A stretch of DNA of 62,607 nt, filler included, from Stramenopiles sp. TOSAG23-3 (GCA_900128585.1; 9 parts of 9 records of this genome joined end to end with filler, not necessarily neighbours in it); one strand, 5' to 3'. Counted from the first letter of the whole stretch, positions 1 to 11,154 are shown. Notes: a model not told the origin generated them from the sequence alone. Made by a program: numbers and translations.

Positions 1-91
1 TACATTTGACAACGAAACATCGCGGATCTAAAGACAATGACCCGTGCAATCAAGATTTTGGTATGGTTAACCCTTTTGAAATATAAGGTCG

Positions 92-1486
92 CTAAGGGCG
101 CACTCTTCCGCCTCCTTTGTTTTTTTTCTTCTTGGTGTTGTGCTGCCTTGGTTGATTACTGTGGTCGCCGTAGAGTTTTCTCCCTGGCCTCCTCCCCTTT
201 ATATTGACAAATTCGGGGCTCACTTTCCTATTCATTCCTCCACGAAACTTTTTGTTGCCCCTGCCTTCAACTTTCCAAGTGTGAGTCATTCCCTCGGGGG
301 CATTATTTATCTGGTCAACAATCCGTTTCTCCCTCTTCAGGTACAAGTTGGTGAGCCTCCCCGTCGATCCGAAACGAGCGGTTCTACCAGCGCGGTGAAT
401 ATAATCAGACCCAGATTTCGGGAAATCAAAATTAATAACATGGGCAACGTTTGGAATGTCCAAACCCCTTGCTGCTACATCTGTGCAAATCAAAATATTG
501 GTCTTTTCGTTTTTGAAGTCAGAAAAGTATTGGTCTCTCAAAAGAGTGGGAATTTTTCCATGAATCATCCCGGCATCGTACCCATGCTCGCTCAAATCGT
601 GCTGGACAGCTCTGCAACAAGGTATGGTATTACAAAATATCAACGTCGGCTCGTTCCCGATATGCTCTTTAAGTACCAACAATTTGGTTAAATTCTTGCA
701 GAGTATGAACGATTGCTCAAGGGACTGGACTGTTTTGTGCAAATTTGTTTCAGCAACTTCGACGATGCCTTTTATACGCTTTCTTATGGTCGAGGAAAAT
801 GATTTATCAGCAGTTGCACTGGCCAAAAACAACTGACAGCTGGTATTTTTGGCATTTTTCAAGTTTCTTCTTGACAGCAATCTTTCCAGCAGAGTGTCTG
901 ACTCTTTGAAATCTTCTATTGTCGTGTCGGCCTCATCAATAATGAGCATTTCTAATTTGGAAAGAAACAGCGAACCCCGCTGAAAATGCCAGTCCAGCTG
1001 ACCAGGTGTGGACACGACGATATCAACGCCATTTTCGAGTTTTTCCGCACACTTACCCCTACTGTTGCGCTTGACGCACAAGACGCGAAAATTCATATTG
1101 TGGGAGAATACTTTCAAGACGTCGGTAATTTGGTCGCAAAGTTCATTTGTTGGCGCAATAACCAATACCCGTGGGCGGCACGAGGCTGGAAAGGGGATGT
1201 ACGGTTGTTCTCCCGGGGATAAGTTGCCTTTTTCCCATAGCTTCTCCACCGCAGGAACCGAATACGCCAGGGTTTTTCCTACCCCTGTCTTTGCAAACAA
1301 CGCTACGTCACTTCCACTCATGCCTTGGCGTATCGACTTCTCTTGCAATCTGGTTGCATTGTCAACACCCATTTCTTCCAATGACTTAATACACGGTTTC
1401 GACAGATTCAAGTCGTGAAAAAAATGGCGCCTGAGCGCACAGCCCGCGCGCTTCCCAAGGCCAACGTACCGGTTTAACAACGCCAT
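92..1486 (-). CDS. DEAD-box RNA helicase, probably organelle-targeted (DDX28/RH39-like)
   Basis: Motifs AKTGVGKT, PTNEL, TPG, DEAD, SAT, ARGLD and HRAGRTAR, plus a basic C-terminal tail. Start chosen at ATG 1486 (MALLNRYVGLGKR, presequence-like); the ORF is open to 1645. Confidence 0.9.
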   Translation of the reverse strand: MALLNRYVGLGKRAGCALRRHFFHDLNLSKPCIKSLEEMGVDNATRLQEKSIRQGMSGSDVALFAKTGVGKTLAYSVPAVEKLWEKGNLSPGEQPYIPFPASCRPRVLVIAPTNELCDQITDVLKVFSHNMNFRVLCVKRNSRGKCAEKLENGVDIVVSTPGQLDWHFQRGSLFLSKLEMLIIDEADTTIEDFKESDTLLERLLSRRNLKNAKNTSCQLFLASATADKSFSSTIRKRIKGIVEVAETNLHKTVQSLEQSFILCKNLTKLLVLKEHIGNEPTLIFCNTIPCCRAVQHDLSEHGYDAGMIHGKIPTLLRDQYFSDFKNEKTNILICTDVAARGLDIPNVAHVINFDFPKSGSDYIHRAGRTARFGSTGRLTNLYLKREKRIVDQINNAPEGMTHTWKVEGRGNKKFRGGMNRKVSPEFVNIKGRRPGRKLYGDHSNQPRQHNTKKKKNKGGGRVRP

Positions 1487-1931
1487 GTTATACAGGGCTC
1501 GGCGTCCTCGTCCCAAAAAAACTGTAAAGGGGGTGCGAGTGATCGAGTGCGTAAAATTATCCTCGGCGTTGTTGGAGGCCCGAATTGTAGAATCTTCAAG
1601 CAACTCCATCCAATCTTTCTTCTTTCGCTTTCCTTCCCTTCTCATTATTTTTTGTTTTCTATCTGTTTCTTGATTAAGATGTTAAAGTATATAAAAAAAG
1701 TACCACAAATATAAATACTATAAAATGTGGACGCAGGAGCGCCGCAGCAGCAGAGCGACAGAGCGAGCCAGAGCCACCACCACCACCACCTTGCAATTAA
1801 TTCTTCTTCTTATCGACTATTTAAATACGTCCACTTTTTTGTGACATTTTGAATTTTTTTTACCGTAGAAAAAAAAGCTTGCGAGTTGTTTGGAGCTCGT
1901 CTGGTTTGGTTTTGTTGTACGCCTTGCAAGT

Positions 1932-3359
1932 ATGAATATTGCTCGGGTTTGTTTTGCTTTGTTGCCCCCCCGGCAATTCGTCGTCAAGAACTGTGCAGTT
2001 AGCTTTTCCTACTGCGGTGTTCGTGGGCGGCTTGGGGGTGTGGAAGCAATCCGGAAACAAAACTACTCAACGGTTTCAAAAAAGTCGAAGAAAACAGATC
2101 TTCAAAGCTTTCTGACGGAATACATCAATGTCCGAGGTGCAATATCCCTGTCGGAATACATGAAGTTATGCCTTGTGCACCCTACGCTTGGCTATTATTG
2201 TAGAACAGACGTGTTTGGTACCGAGGGGGACTTTACCACGTCCCCAGAAATAAGCCAAGTCTTTGGTGAACTTGTCGGCATCTGGTGCGTGTCAAACTGG
2301 ATTGCAATAGGAAAGCCCTCGCAGATTTCCATCGTTGAACTTGGCCCTGGGCGAGGGACTCTCATGAAAGATATAATGCGGGTTACGAAACAATTTCCGG
2401 AGTTCAGAAGTGCGCTTTCTGTTAATTTTGTAGAACGTAGTCCAGTGTTGCGAGAGATTCAAGCGGAATCGATTAAATGCAACCTAAAACCGAACGATGG
2501 CAACGAGGCGACGTCTGGATTCGGAGGATCAATAGAGCCCGAAACACCGGACGAACAGGCAGTGGACGTGGCATGGTTTGAAGAAATTAGCTCTGTGCCA
2601 CAAGGCATGCCCACGTTGTTCATTGCTCAAGAATTTTTTGATGCATTGCCTGTGCACCAATTTAAGAAAACAGACAATGGTTGGTGCGAGGTTTTGGTGG
2701 ATAATGACTTTAGCGACGATGGGCCGCACCATTTCCGGAGCGTTCTCTCCCCAAGCCCTACGATTGCTTCTCGGGCATACTTGGGTCAGGATCTGCTTCA
2801 GTACAGACCTACAACAGCCAAGAAAAATGGCGATGCGGCAACTGCGGATTCGGGAGCCGAGGACAATCCTGCTCGGGATTTCATAGAAGTTTCACCGGTA
2901 GGAATGGCCGTGTGCGAGGATATAGCGAAACGGATCGCTTCTGACGATGGAGCGGCATTAATTGTTGACTACGGGCACCGGTTTTCCATGGAAAGTTCCG
3001 TCCGTGGAATAAAGGGCCACGATTTTGTCAGCATATTTCAAGAACCGGGACTCGTTGACCTCTCGATTGATGTCGATTTTTCGACCCTGGAAACAGTTAC
3101 AAACAGGGTCGAAGGCGTCAAATCTGCGGGGGTTGTAGAGCAGGGTGCTTTTTTACGAAACATGGGGATCGAATTTCGCATCGCAAAGTTGTTGGAAAAT
3201 GCGACAGACGATGAGGCGCAGGATTTGATCGAAGCGTACGAAAGACTGACGGGAGAAAACGAAAACGATATGGGTCGAATATATAAAGTGATGGGTATTG
3301 TAAATTCAGGGAGAGAGGATGCTTGCGAAGGGTTTCCACCAGAGGAGCAGCAGCAGTAG
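1932..3359 (+). CDS. NDUFAF7: NDUFAF7/MidA complex I assembly arginine methyltransferase
   Basis: GYY..., GDFTTSPEISQVFGELVG, VELGPGRGTLM, QEFFDALPVHQF, DYG, PGLVDLSIDVDF, MGRIYKV; presequence-like N-terminus. First ATG at 1932. Confidence 0.93.
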   Translation: MNIARVCFALLPPRQFVVKNCAVSFSYCGVRGRLGGVEAIRKQNYSTVSKKSKKTDLQSFLTEYINVRGAISLSEYMKLCLVHPTLGYYCRTDVFGTEGDFTTSPEISQVFGELVGIWCVSNWIAIGKPSQISIVELGPGRGTLMKDIMRVTKQFPEFRSALSVNFVERSPVLREIQAESIKCNLKPNDGNEATSGFGGSIEPETPDEQAVDVAWFEEISSVPQGMPTLFIAQEFFDALPVHQFKKTDNGWCEVLVDNDFSDDGPHHFRSVLSPSPTIASRAYLGQDLLQYRPTTAKKNGDAATADSGAEDNPARDFIEVSPVGMAVCEDIAKRIASDDGAALIVDYGHRFSMESSVRGIKGHDFVSIFQEPGLVDLSIDVDFSTLETVTNRVEGVKSAGVVEQGAFLRNMGIEFRIAKLLENATDDEAQDLIEAYERLTGENENDMGRIYKVMGIVNSGREDACEGFPPEEQQQ

Positions 3360-3757
3360 ATTATTGATTGAAAGAAGAGATTCCCAAAAATATAATAATT
3401 TTTCGGGCGTTGGAAGTTGGAATGGAGTAATAGTTATAACAGGTAAAAAAATATAATAACAACAGACACACTACACTAGACCGACTATATAAAAATATAA
3501 TAGCACAAAAAAAAGGCAGCATGCNNNNNNNNNNNNNNNNNNNNNNNNNNNNNNNNNNNNTACTAAATAATAATGGATTGATTATTACGAGGATATATAT
3601 TATATATACTTCCATTTTAAATTATGTAAAGGATTGTGAGATTTGTATTTCTCTGCAATTAATGTAAAAGAGGAAAAGCAAGAAAGGAAAGACTATTATC
3701 GCATACATGCATATTATACATCTGTAATTCGAAACGAAGAATTAGTGATTAATTATT

Positions 3758-4372
3758 ATGCCTTTGCCCGCGTCTTCAAGACGTCGCACTTGTCGCGTTT
3801 TGAAGTGCGCTCTGGTAGCGAAACCAGAAAGGCCAGAGAACGATGGTATCATTTCGAGGCTGAATGAGCGAATGGATAGGCTGAATATGCTGAATAGCAG
3901 CACGTCCGATCAATCTAATGTACAGAAAAATAGAACCGTAGAAAGAAAGTGGCACAGTGTAGAGCCTGGGAGTATGTCGGAAAACTTAACAGTCTACGAG
4001 AGCAACATGATTGAAAGCCTGTCAAGCATCTCGTTGACCTCTGCAGCTGCCCCTGTACGAAGCCGCACGGGGCCGGACACGTTTCCGTACCCAACAGAAT
4101 TCTATGGAGAGTCCATTCCTGTTTCAGACATTTTGGACCCTTGGAGCGGTGATAGTATTGCATATGCCCAAAGAATGGAACAGTCTACTAGTGAGGACGT
4201 TTCCACTTTAATCGACCCATACGAAGATGCGTCAACCTTGCCGTATCCGTTTAACATGAACCGAAATTCTAACGTTCGACTTCCGGCAGACCCTTTTGAC
4301 CGCGTCCCCTATTGCAAATCTAATTATAAATATTCGGCAATGATTAGTACGATCGCCGACCCTTACAACTGA
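3758..4372 (+). CDS. hypothetical protein (204 aa) with recurring DP[YWF]/PYP motifs
   Basis: ATG-initiated ORF with coding-like composition between AT-rich spacers; no recognised domain. Confidence 0.55.
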   Translation: MPLPASSRRRTCRVLKCALVAKPERPENDGIISRLNERMDRLNMLNSSTSDQSNVQKNRTVERKWHSVEPGSMSENLTVYESNMIESLSSISLTSAAAPVRSRTGPDTFPYPTEFYGESIPVSDILDPWSGDSIAYAQRMEQSTSEDVSTLIDPYEDASTLPYPFNMNRNSNVRLPADPFDRVPYCKSNYKYSAMISTIADPYN

Positions 4373-4609
4373 TTATTTTTCAGGCGCGAGTAAAACTGGG
4401 CCTTCAGTAAGACGCAATTGGGTTAATATGTGAGTGTGTTTAAATTACGAAAAGTATTTGTGATCTTCACCACAAATAGGAAAAGGCGTACACCTCTATT
4501 TACATTTATAAAAACAAGAAAATTGGCTGTTATTTAAGTAATTAAAGTTAATGTACTGCGAACTGAATNNNNNTTTTTTAAATATGTCCTCGCGTATTGC
4601 TTAAGATAT

Positions 4610-5521
4610 TTAACGGCCTGGAGCGGCTTCCGATGTTGCCGCTGCGTCTGGTTTCGAATGCGAGAAACCAACGGGATGAGGCTTTGGTGCTTCTGGTTCC
4701 TTCGGGGCCTTGATCCTATCCTTTGCCTTGTCGTTTGCTATCCAGCGGTTGTCGAGTGCAATGTAGGGCTTCGTGGCTTGCTTCATGTCGTACGGTTTGT
4801 CCTTCGGGGGGAGAGTTTCGTGCGTGTACAGCGTAGACCCTCGGGAGGATCCAGCGGTGCGATCCTGCCCGCTCCACCAGGTATTTTTGCCGATCACTTC
4901 GTTGACTTTGTACAAGTGTTTTTCTTTACTAAAAGAGGCTGCCCGGACTTTGTTGACAGTGCATGGGCGCTTGTAACCAAGCGCCTTCGGGCCAAATGCT
5001 TGAGAGCAATCGCTGAGACTCTCTTCCGGCTTCGACTCTGCCTCACTTGGAGACGCCAAGGCTTCCTTTGTGTCTGCATACAACGCTTCCTCTGAAGGGT
5101 AAGGCGGGTCGACAAGTGGGTCATAATCCGTGCCGTAGTAATGCAAAAAGGCAGGCAGAGCTTTCGTCGTCTGAAATTTCTGAGAGTGTTGCCCCACCTT
5201 AAAATTCTTCAATCCCCCAGACAACCACAAACGATAGTTTGCTTCTAAAAATGGGGCGTTCCCCCACACCTGTTTGAAATAGTTCCAATACGGGTTCCCA
5301 TCGTTTTCGGGCCGAACAATCTTCGCAGGGACAACTTTGTTCGCGAACTCGACCGAACGGCTCTGGGCCCGCAGCTGCAGCGTATCGTGAACAGATGGCA
5401 CTCGCGTTGCCTTTTTTACTGCTGGCTTGCTTCCAGCTTTTCTAAGAAAGTGAGCGTTACTATAGACTGAGAAAAATATTAGGCACACTTGGGCTAATCG
5501 GAAGCACGCGTCTAACAACAT
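4610..5521 (-). CDS. hypothetical, probably secreted protein
   Basis: About 303-aa ORF from ATG 5521 with a signal-peptide-like start (MLLDACFRLAQVCLIFFSVYSNA); no recognised domain. Confidence 0.65.
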   Translation of the reverse strand: MLLDACFRLAQVCLIFFSVYSNAHFLRKAGSKPAVKKATRVPSVHDTLQLRAQSRSVEFANKVVPAKIVRPENDGNPYWNYFKQVWGNAPFLEANYRLWLSGGLKNFKVGQHSQKFQTTKALPAFLHYYGTDYDPLVDPPYPSEEALYADTKEALASPSEAESKPEESLSDCSQAFGPKALGYKRPCTVNKVRAASFSKEKHLYKVNEVIGKNTWWSGQDRTAGSSRGSTLYTHETLPPKDKPYDMKQATKPYIALDNRWIANDKAKDRIKAPKEPEAPKPHPVGFSHSKPDAAATSEAAPGR

Positions 5522-6010
5522 GTTTGTCACTGCACCACGGAGATACAACGAGAGAAAAAAACGAAAGTGCACGAAACAATATCGTGAAACGGTGATGATC
5601 CTTGTTCCAACGAAAACGCCGTTACGAAATAAAGTGTGCGTTTACACTTGTTACATCGTTCGTTTATCACATTCACAGAATGATGCATTGAGCTTTTGTA
5701 AATAGAGCCCTTCTATTCTTTCTTCTTTCTCTAATAAATAAATATTATACCGCTAGGCTACCCTACACACTGTACGAGTATGCTCTGCTCTACTATGCCC
5801 CCCCCTTTTTTTCATCATGACTTTTTTTCTTTTTTTGGTTTCTTTTCTCCAAATAGGTAAATTATTTCATATTCTAAAATACAATAAAAGTACATGGTTA
5901 CTCCGAAGTCCATCATTTAAATAGGTAATAATCCTATATGATTACTACTGTATTTAGTATACTAGATATACACACATACATTTGTGACTAAGTGGCCATT
6001 GTAGATTATC

Positions 6011-6190
6011 AAAAGAAAAGAAAAGAAAAGAAAAGAAAAGAAAAGAGAAAGAAAAGAAAAGAAAAGAAAAGAAAAGAAAAAAAGAAAAGAGAAAGAAAAG
6101 AAAAAAAGAAAAGAGAAAGAAAAGAAGAAGAAGAAGAAGAAGAAGAAGAAGAAGAAGAAGAAGAAGAAGAAGAAGAAGAAGAAGACGAAG
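6011..6190. repeat. (AAAAG)n/(GAA)n microsatellite
   Basis: Purine-only simple repeat seen directly. Confidence 0.95.
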
Positions 6191-6520
6191 ATTCTCTTCT
6201 TCTTTATTATTTTATTCTTTATTAAATTATATTGTAATTAATAGCCCTAAAAAGAAGTAAAAAGAAGAAGAAGTAAAATAATAATAATAATAAAAGAAAA
6301 ATAATTGAGAAGAAGAGAGGAGAGAGGATACGTTTTTTACAAAAATATAGAAGAAATATTATAATATCTCATAGCCATATTTTGAACTAATAATAAAACA
6401 AAGAAGAGCTTGTAGATTTTAAGATTTGGATACGTATCGTTTGTGTGTGTGTGTGTGTGATTGTTGAGATCAATGTAAAAAAAGGGAAGAGTTTGTGGTT
6501 CTTATCCAAGAAACAAGGAC

Positions 6521-7705
6521 TTGTCCAAAGTCCAAAACAATCTTCTCAGCAAGCAAACGGGTGCTCGAGAAGAAATAGTATCGTATACACCGTTCATGCT
6601 GTACGTTTGCGAACGCATGGAATCGGGGGGGCGGGCGTCCCAGGGAAGTGAGAGTGGGGTGAAAGGGTCGTCGTTGTACAAAGGCTGGGCCGAGATGGAC
6701 GAGAATGGTACAGAGAAATTTGCCTACGCTGCGAAAACAGAGAGGGTACGCCGCCGCCTGCAATGCATATACTCCAAGTCGTGGGATGAGAGCGCAAAAG
6801 AAATCACGGCAATATCTGCGGCAACTCCCGCCGAGGTCATTTCCAAACTTCGTGAGATCGACCGAAAGAGGGAGAAATCGAAGCACACGAGCAGCTTCGG
6901 CAGGGGCGCGGGAAAGTCCAGCAAGAAGAGCGTCGACCCCGCCGTGCAGGAGACCAAGAAGGACGTGCAGAAGCCATTGAACAAGATCGTGAAGAAACGG
7001 CGGGCGACGTCGGCGTACCAAATTTTTTCGGAGGATGCAAAAGCAAACATTAGGGTTAGTAACAGCAAATGCACGGCAAGCGAAATAGACAAGCTTCTGA
7101 GAGAACAGTGGAATGACATGGGACCAGAAGAAAGAAAACCTTACGTACTACGCTCCAAGCTGGTCAAGAAAAGAAAGGCCACCGTCGTCGCGGCGGCGGC
7201 GGCCCCTGCCCCTAAAGTTGCCAAGAAGCCGGCACCAGTGAAGGTGGTGAAAGTGAAGGCAAAGGTGAAGGTTAAGGAAGCGCCGAAGAAGGTGATGCCG
7301 AAGAAGGTGCCAAGGAAGGCTTTGCCGAAGAAGAAAGTGGAAGAAAAGAAACTCAAGCCGAAGCCGAAACCAAAGCTAAAACCAAAACCAAAGAAACCAA
7401 AGACAGCGTCCCCCACATCATCATCGTCAGGCCGGAGGACGTACTCCTTGAACTCGTCCCTTGGTAAAAGCATGAACCTCGGGCAGAATCAAAACGCCCT
7501 GGCCTTCGCAGCAAGTGGCGACAAAGGCGCCATTGACGACGTTAGAATTAAATGTGCGTCGGAGAGTGGGGAATCTATCATATTGGCGTCAACCACCCCA
7601 GTGCCGGCGGACGGGTTCAGTAAAGACGGGCGCGACATAAACGATGAGTTCTCCGCCTACCTTTCGGTGGCAACGTTCGGAACTGTTACTGATGTTGTCG
7701 TGTGA
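6521..7705 (+). CDS. HMG-box protein with K/P/A-rich tail
   Basis: KRRATSAYQIF...LLREQWNDMGPEERKPY is a canonical HMG box. A degenerate upstream box (YTPFMLY...WAEMDENGTEKF) is likely. True start uncertain (first ATG 6596). Confidence 0.8.
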   Translation: MSKVQNNLLSKQTGAREEIVSYTPFMLYVCERMESGGRASQGSESGVKGSSLYKGWAEMDENGTEKFAYAAKTERVRRRLQCIYSKSWDESAKEITAISAATPAEVISKLREIDRKREKSKHTSSFGRGAGKSSKKSVDPAVQETKKDVQKPLNKIVKKRRATSAYQIFSEDAKANIRVSNSKCTASEIDKLLREQWNDMGPEERKPYVLRSKLVKKRKATVVAAAAAPAPKVAKKPAPVKVVKVKAKVKVKEAPKKVMPKKVPRKALPKKKVEEKKLKPKPKPKLKPKPKKPKTASPTSSSSGRRTYSLNSSLGKSMNLGQNQNALAFAASGDKGAIDDVRIKCASESGESIILASTTPVPADGFSKDGRDINDEFSAYLSVATFGTVTDVVV

Positions 7706-7848
7706 GCGGAATTAATGATTTCACGTATGTTATTATCAGAATTAAGAAACATACTATATATTTTGTTTTTTTCAGAATTAAGAAATAAAGCATGATTTGT
7801 TTTTTTATACATAGGATATCATATGCCGTGTCCCCCCTCTACTTAACA

Positions 7849-10428
7849 TCAGTCAAAACTTTTGCTCACGGAGGAAGTCGAGAAGAAGGCTGAAAATCGA
7901 GGCAGTCCCTTGGCAATCGTCTTGAGAGTCACCTTCAAACCGCCGGTCGCGATCTCAGTCATCGCTTTCAGAAGGCTTTCTTGGCCACCCCGAAGTTGCG
8001 TTTTCATCCGCGACGAAAAATAGGTCGCAAGTTCCCCACGAAACGAGTGCACTGCGGACGGGTGAAGGACAAATGCGGACGTCACGGGGGACGCGCCGGT
8101 GTCCGCGTCTGCGCGAACCCCGGGGACAATAAGGGGGACGTGGTCGTTGCACTCCCCTTTCAGCGAGTACACGTTCACCACTGCGGACTCTTCGTGGTAG
8201 CCCTTCGCGATGTGGTACACCAATTTATTGGCCAACGGGTTCTCCGGCGACGACAGCAAGAGCTCAAAAAATGCCGTGATGGCATACTCGGTCAACGCGG
8301 ATCGGCAGGAGTACTCGTCCGGCTTGAGGAGCATATTTCTCAGGTGGGCGCTTCCCACGTGCCCAGGAATGGCCGCCATGTTCAAAATGTTCTTCTTGTC
8401 TTCCTTGTCCAACAGTTTGACCTTTTCCGGGCGCAAAAAACCGGTTATTCCCACCGCCGTCTCAAACCTCGAGAACGCCATCGAATCCGTCTGCATAAAG
8501 AATTTCCCCCTCCGTTCCCCGCTCACTTGCAACCACCCCTGGAACAAACTTTTCACGTCGGGCAGCGACAGCAGCCGTGTGCCGTCGTGCCTCGTCTTTT
8601 CCAACGCGCACATGGCGCCTACGAACTCGCCCATGTCCCCCCCCGCGGTCATCATTGCGGCGAACGTGTAGCGCCCGTCCAGGTCGGCAAAAAAGTGCCG
8701 GCCGAGCTTGGCGAAAGGAAGGCGCGACGGGGCGTACAGCTGCACCTGGGCCTTCTCGTTGTCACCCTGCACGTCCCAGACGCCCGTGTACCTGCCCACG
8801 TGCTGCGCGACGTCTTTCGGCGTGACCCCGTCGACGGTCTCGTCGTCCCTCTTGATGGTCAAAAAGCCAACTGGGCACACGGCGTTGGCAGACGGGAACG
8901 GGTCGTACTCTTGGACGGACCTCGCCTCTACGGGGGTGTGCGGCTTGGCGCCTTTCTGGTCCGCACCCCCGGCGAGCCCGGCTTCCTGGGGCTGCATCCC
9001 TGCCCCCGCGACCTTGCCGGGCATCACCGGCACGTCCCCCATCGCGCTTCCGCTGGCGCCGCCGGCCGGCGCCGCCGTCGCTTTGGCGTTTCCGTTGATG
9101 GCCGGGTGGAGCTCCGACAACGCTGGTTCTATCGATGGTCGCTGCAGCGGTGGGGTGGGGATCAGGTTCATGACCGAGTAGTTGGACGCGCGAGAAAAGT
9201 AAGGCTTGGGCATCGAGCCCGGGCGGCCCGCGGGGGTCTCGATGCGCTCCGGGTCCGTGGGGGCGCTGAAGTTGTGGTGGAACGAGGCTTGAAAATCGGT
9301 GAAGTCGCCCTTCACGGCCCCGCCCGACCTTGGGCACTGGGCCCGGAACGTGTCTACCGTCATGCACTTGTCTTTGCAGCAGTACAGTTTCAGCGCCGCG
9401 ACGTTGTTCCCAACCGCGGAGCAGTCCACCCCGTCCCCCTTTCCCGAGCACACGGACCGGTCCTGCCAGTACTGCTTGGTGGTCTCGAGCGCGGCCTCCG
9501 CGGTCTCCTTGTCGGGCGAGAACGCGGACTTTCCGACGTTCGCCTCGACGCCGCCGCAGTACGCGTTGTAGTCTTTCTTGTCCAAGCACTCCATGGCCGC
9601 CCCTGCCCCCGGCACTTTGGCGCAGCAGAATCTGCCCCCCGCCGTTGTCGTCGTCGCGTTCCCGTCGGCCTCCTCGGAGTCGTCTGGCGCCCTCTGGGTG
9701 CACGTATCCCCCGCCTCTGCCGTCACCGGGCAGAGCCGCGGGCACATAAAGCCGAAGCTGTAGGCCTTCAAACATTTCTGGCGACAGCAGAGCCCGAGGG
9801 GCGCCGTGCCGCAGATCGCGCCGTCCTTCTGGTTGATACACAAGGCGGGAAGGCCGCCGTTCCCGCCGGTGCCCGACCCAGTGCCCGACCCGGTGCCCCC
9901 GGTGGGCGCGGCCGCCGCCGCTTCTGCCGGCCCGCTCTCGCCCGCTGCGGCCGTCGTCTTCTCCCCGATGGCCCTGAACGACATTTCGCGGGACCCCGCG
10001 GCCGGGCCGCAGAGTATGTTCCTCATGCTAACGACGCTGTTCTTCTCCTTCAATCGCAAGATCATGTCGTCGCCTTTGTAGAGTTTGGCTATTTGTACAA
10101 GTTTGTCTATTTTTTTGGACATTGTGAGGCCCACGACGGACCGAAGGAGTGTAAACACGGTCCGCACGGCCCGGTCAGAGTCCGCCTTGCTGAACTTCTT
10201 CCCTTGGACCTTTTCCGTTTGCTTGCACGCCAACTGGATGATCCGGTTGTTGTTGTGGGTGGTAACGTACCCATCGACCCCCGAACTGGCGGCCGCTTTT
10301 CTATTAGTGGTCATACTGCGATGATTGCTCTGCAACTTCTCGGACGCAAACACGGTGTTGGAGTGCACCAACACCGACAACACCGCCGCCCACAGAACAA
10401 CGGCAGCCCATCGTTGCCTCAGTCGCAT
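7849..10428 (-). CDS. large secreted protein with three Cys-rich modules
   Basis: Signal peptide MRLRQRWAAVVLWAAVLSVLVHS; Cys-rich repeats; strong GC3 bias, which explains the long antisense shadow ORF. Confidence 0.8.
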   Translation of the reverse strand: MRLRQRWAAVVLWAAVLSVLVHSNTVFASEKLQSNHRSMTTNRKAAASSGVDGYVTTHNNNRIIQLACKQTEKVQGKKFSKADSDRAVRTVFTLLRSVVGLTMSKKIDKLVQIAKLYKGDDMILRLKEKNSVVSMRNILCGPAAGSREMSFRAIGEKTTAAAGESGPAEAAAAAPTGGTGSGTGSGTGGNGGLPALCINQKDGAICGTAPLGLCCRQKCLKAYSFGFMCPRLCPVTAEAGDTCTQRAPDDSEEADGNATTTTAGGRFCCAKVPGAGAAMECLDKKDYNAYCGGVEANVGKSAFSPDKETAEAALETTKQYWQDRSVCSGKGDGVDCSAVGNNVAALKLYCCKDKCMTVDTFRAQCPRSGGAVKGDFTDFQASFHHNFSAPTDPERIETPAGRPGSMPKPYFSRASNYSVMNLIPTPPLQRPSIEPALSELHPAINGNAKATAAPAGGASGSAMGDVPVMPGKVAGAGMQPQEAGLAGGADQKGAKPHTPVEARSVQEYDPFPSANAVCPVGFLTIKRDDETVDGVTPKDVAQHVGRYTGVWDVQGDNEKAQVQLYAPSRLPFAKLGRHFFADLDGRYTFAAMMTAGGDMGEFVGAMCALEKTRHDGTRLLSLPDVKSLFQGWLQVSGERRGKFFMQTDSMAFSRFETAVGITGFLRPEKVKLLDKEDKKNILNMAAIPGHVGSAHLRNMLLKPDEYSCRSALTEYAITAFFELLLSSPENPLANKLVYHIAKGYHEESAVVNVYSLKGECNDHVPLIVPGVRADADTGASPVTSAFVLHPSAVHSFRGELATYFSSRMKTQLRGGQESLLKAMTEIATGGLKVTLKTIAKGLPRFSAFFSTSSVSKSFD

Positions 10429-11040
10429 GGTTGGTGTCAACTGTTGACAACTAACTATCTACGACAACTACTAACACGGAAGAATTTTAATTCGATTTCA
10501 CCTTTCTTAACCTTCCATCCTTCCTTCCCATTACTTTCATGCCTGAAAATTCCATACATCGGTAAGACCTTCCCATCCTTCCTACCTTCCGTACCGGTAC
10601 TAAAACTAATCCTAATACTAATTTACTTAAACTTGAGTTGAGACTTGAGACTGAATCAACAACCAGATAATAAATTCGAGAAGAAGACCGACCTTTCAAA
10701 AGAATTAAATACATTTTACATAGTGTAAGTTCTCCTATTATTTAAATTCTATTCTCTTCCGATTTCGAATTAATTAGTAATCTATTATTAACTCTATTTA
10801 AAATAGTAATTTAGGTATTTTAAATGTATCCTAATTAACCTATTTATACATAGCACAAAGCTCGTATTCTTTTAAACTACAACTGTCTATTCTATTTATA
10901 GGTTTATTTTTATCATTTCAAGTATGTTTATATAGTATAGTTGATATTAAGATAGAATAAAGTATGGTTTACATTACATAAAATATACTTTATATATTAA
11001 ATAACATGGAATAACATGGAATAAGATCTCCCCCTCCTTT

Positions 11041-11140
11041 NNNNNNNNNNNNNNNNNNNNNNNNNNNNNNNNNNNNNNNNNNNNTTAATTAATTAANNNN
11101 NNNNNNNNNNNNNNNNNNNNNNNNNNNNNNNNNNNNNNNN
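11041..11140. other. artificial contig linker N44-TTAATTAATTAA-N44 (also 22126-22225, 33210-33309, 44290-44389, 55353-55452, 57167-57266, 58981-59080, 60795-60894)
   Basis: Identical 100-nt spacer with stops in all six frames, found eight times; the flanking contigs fall in length order. Confidence 0.98.
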
Positions 11141-11154
11141 TCACACAAATGATC

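Noticed and set aside
7981-10641. 886-aa plus-strand ORF
   Set aside because: Antisense shadow of the GC3-rich gene at 7849-10428; R/G/V/H-rich with no domain. The same applies to most nested ORFs in the track.
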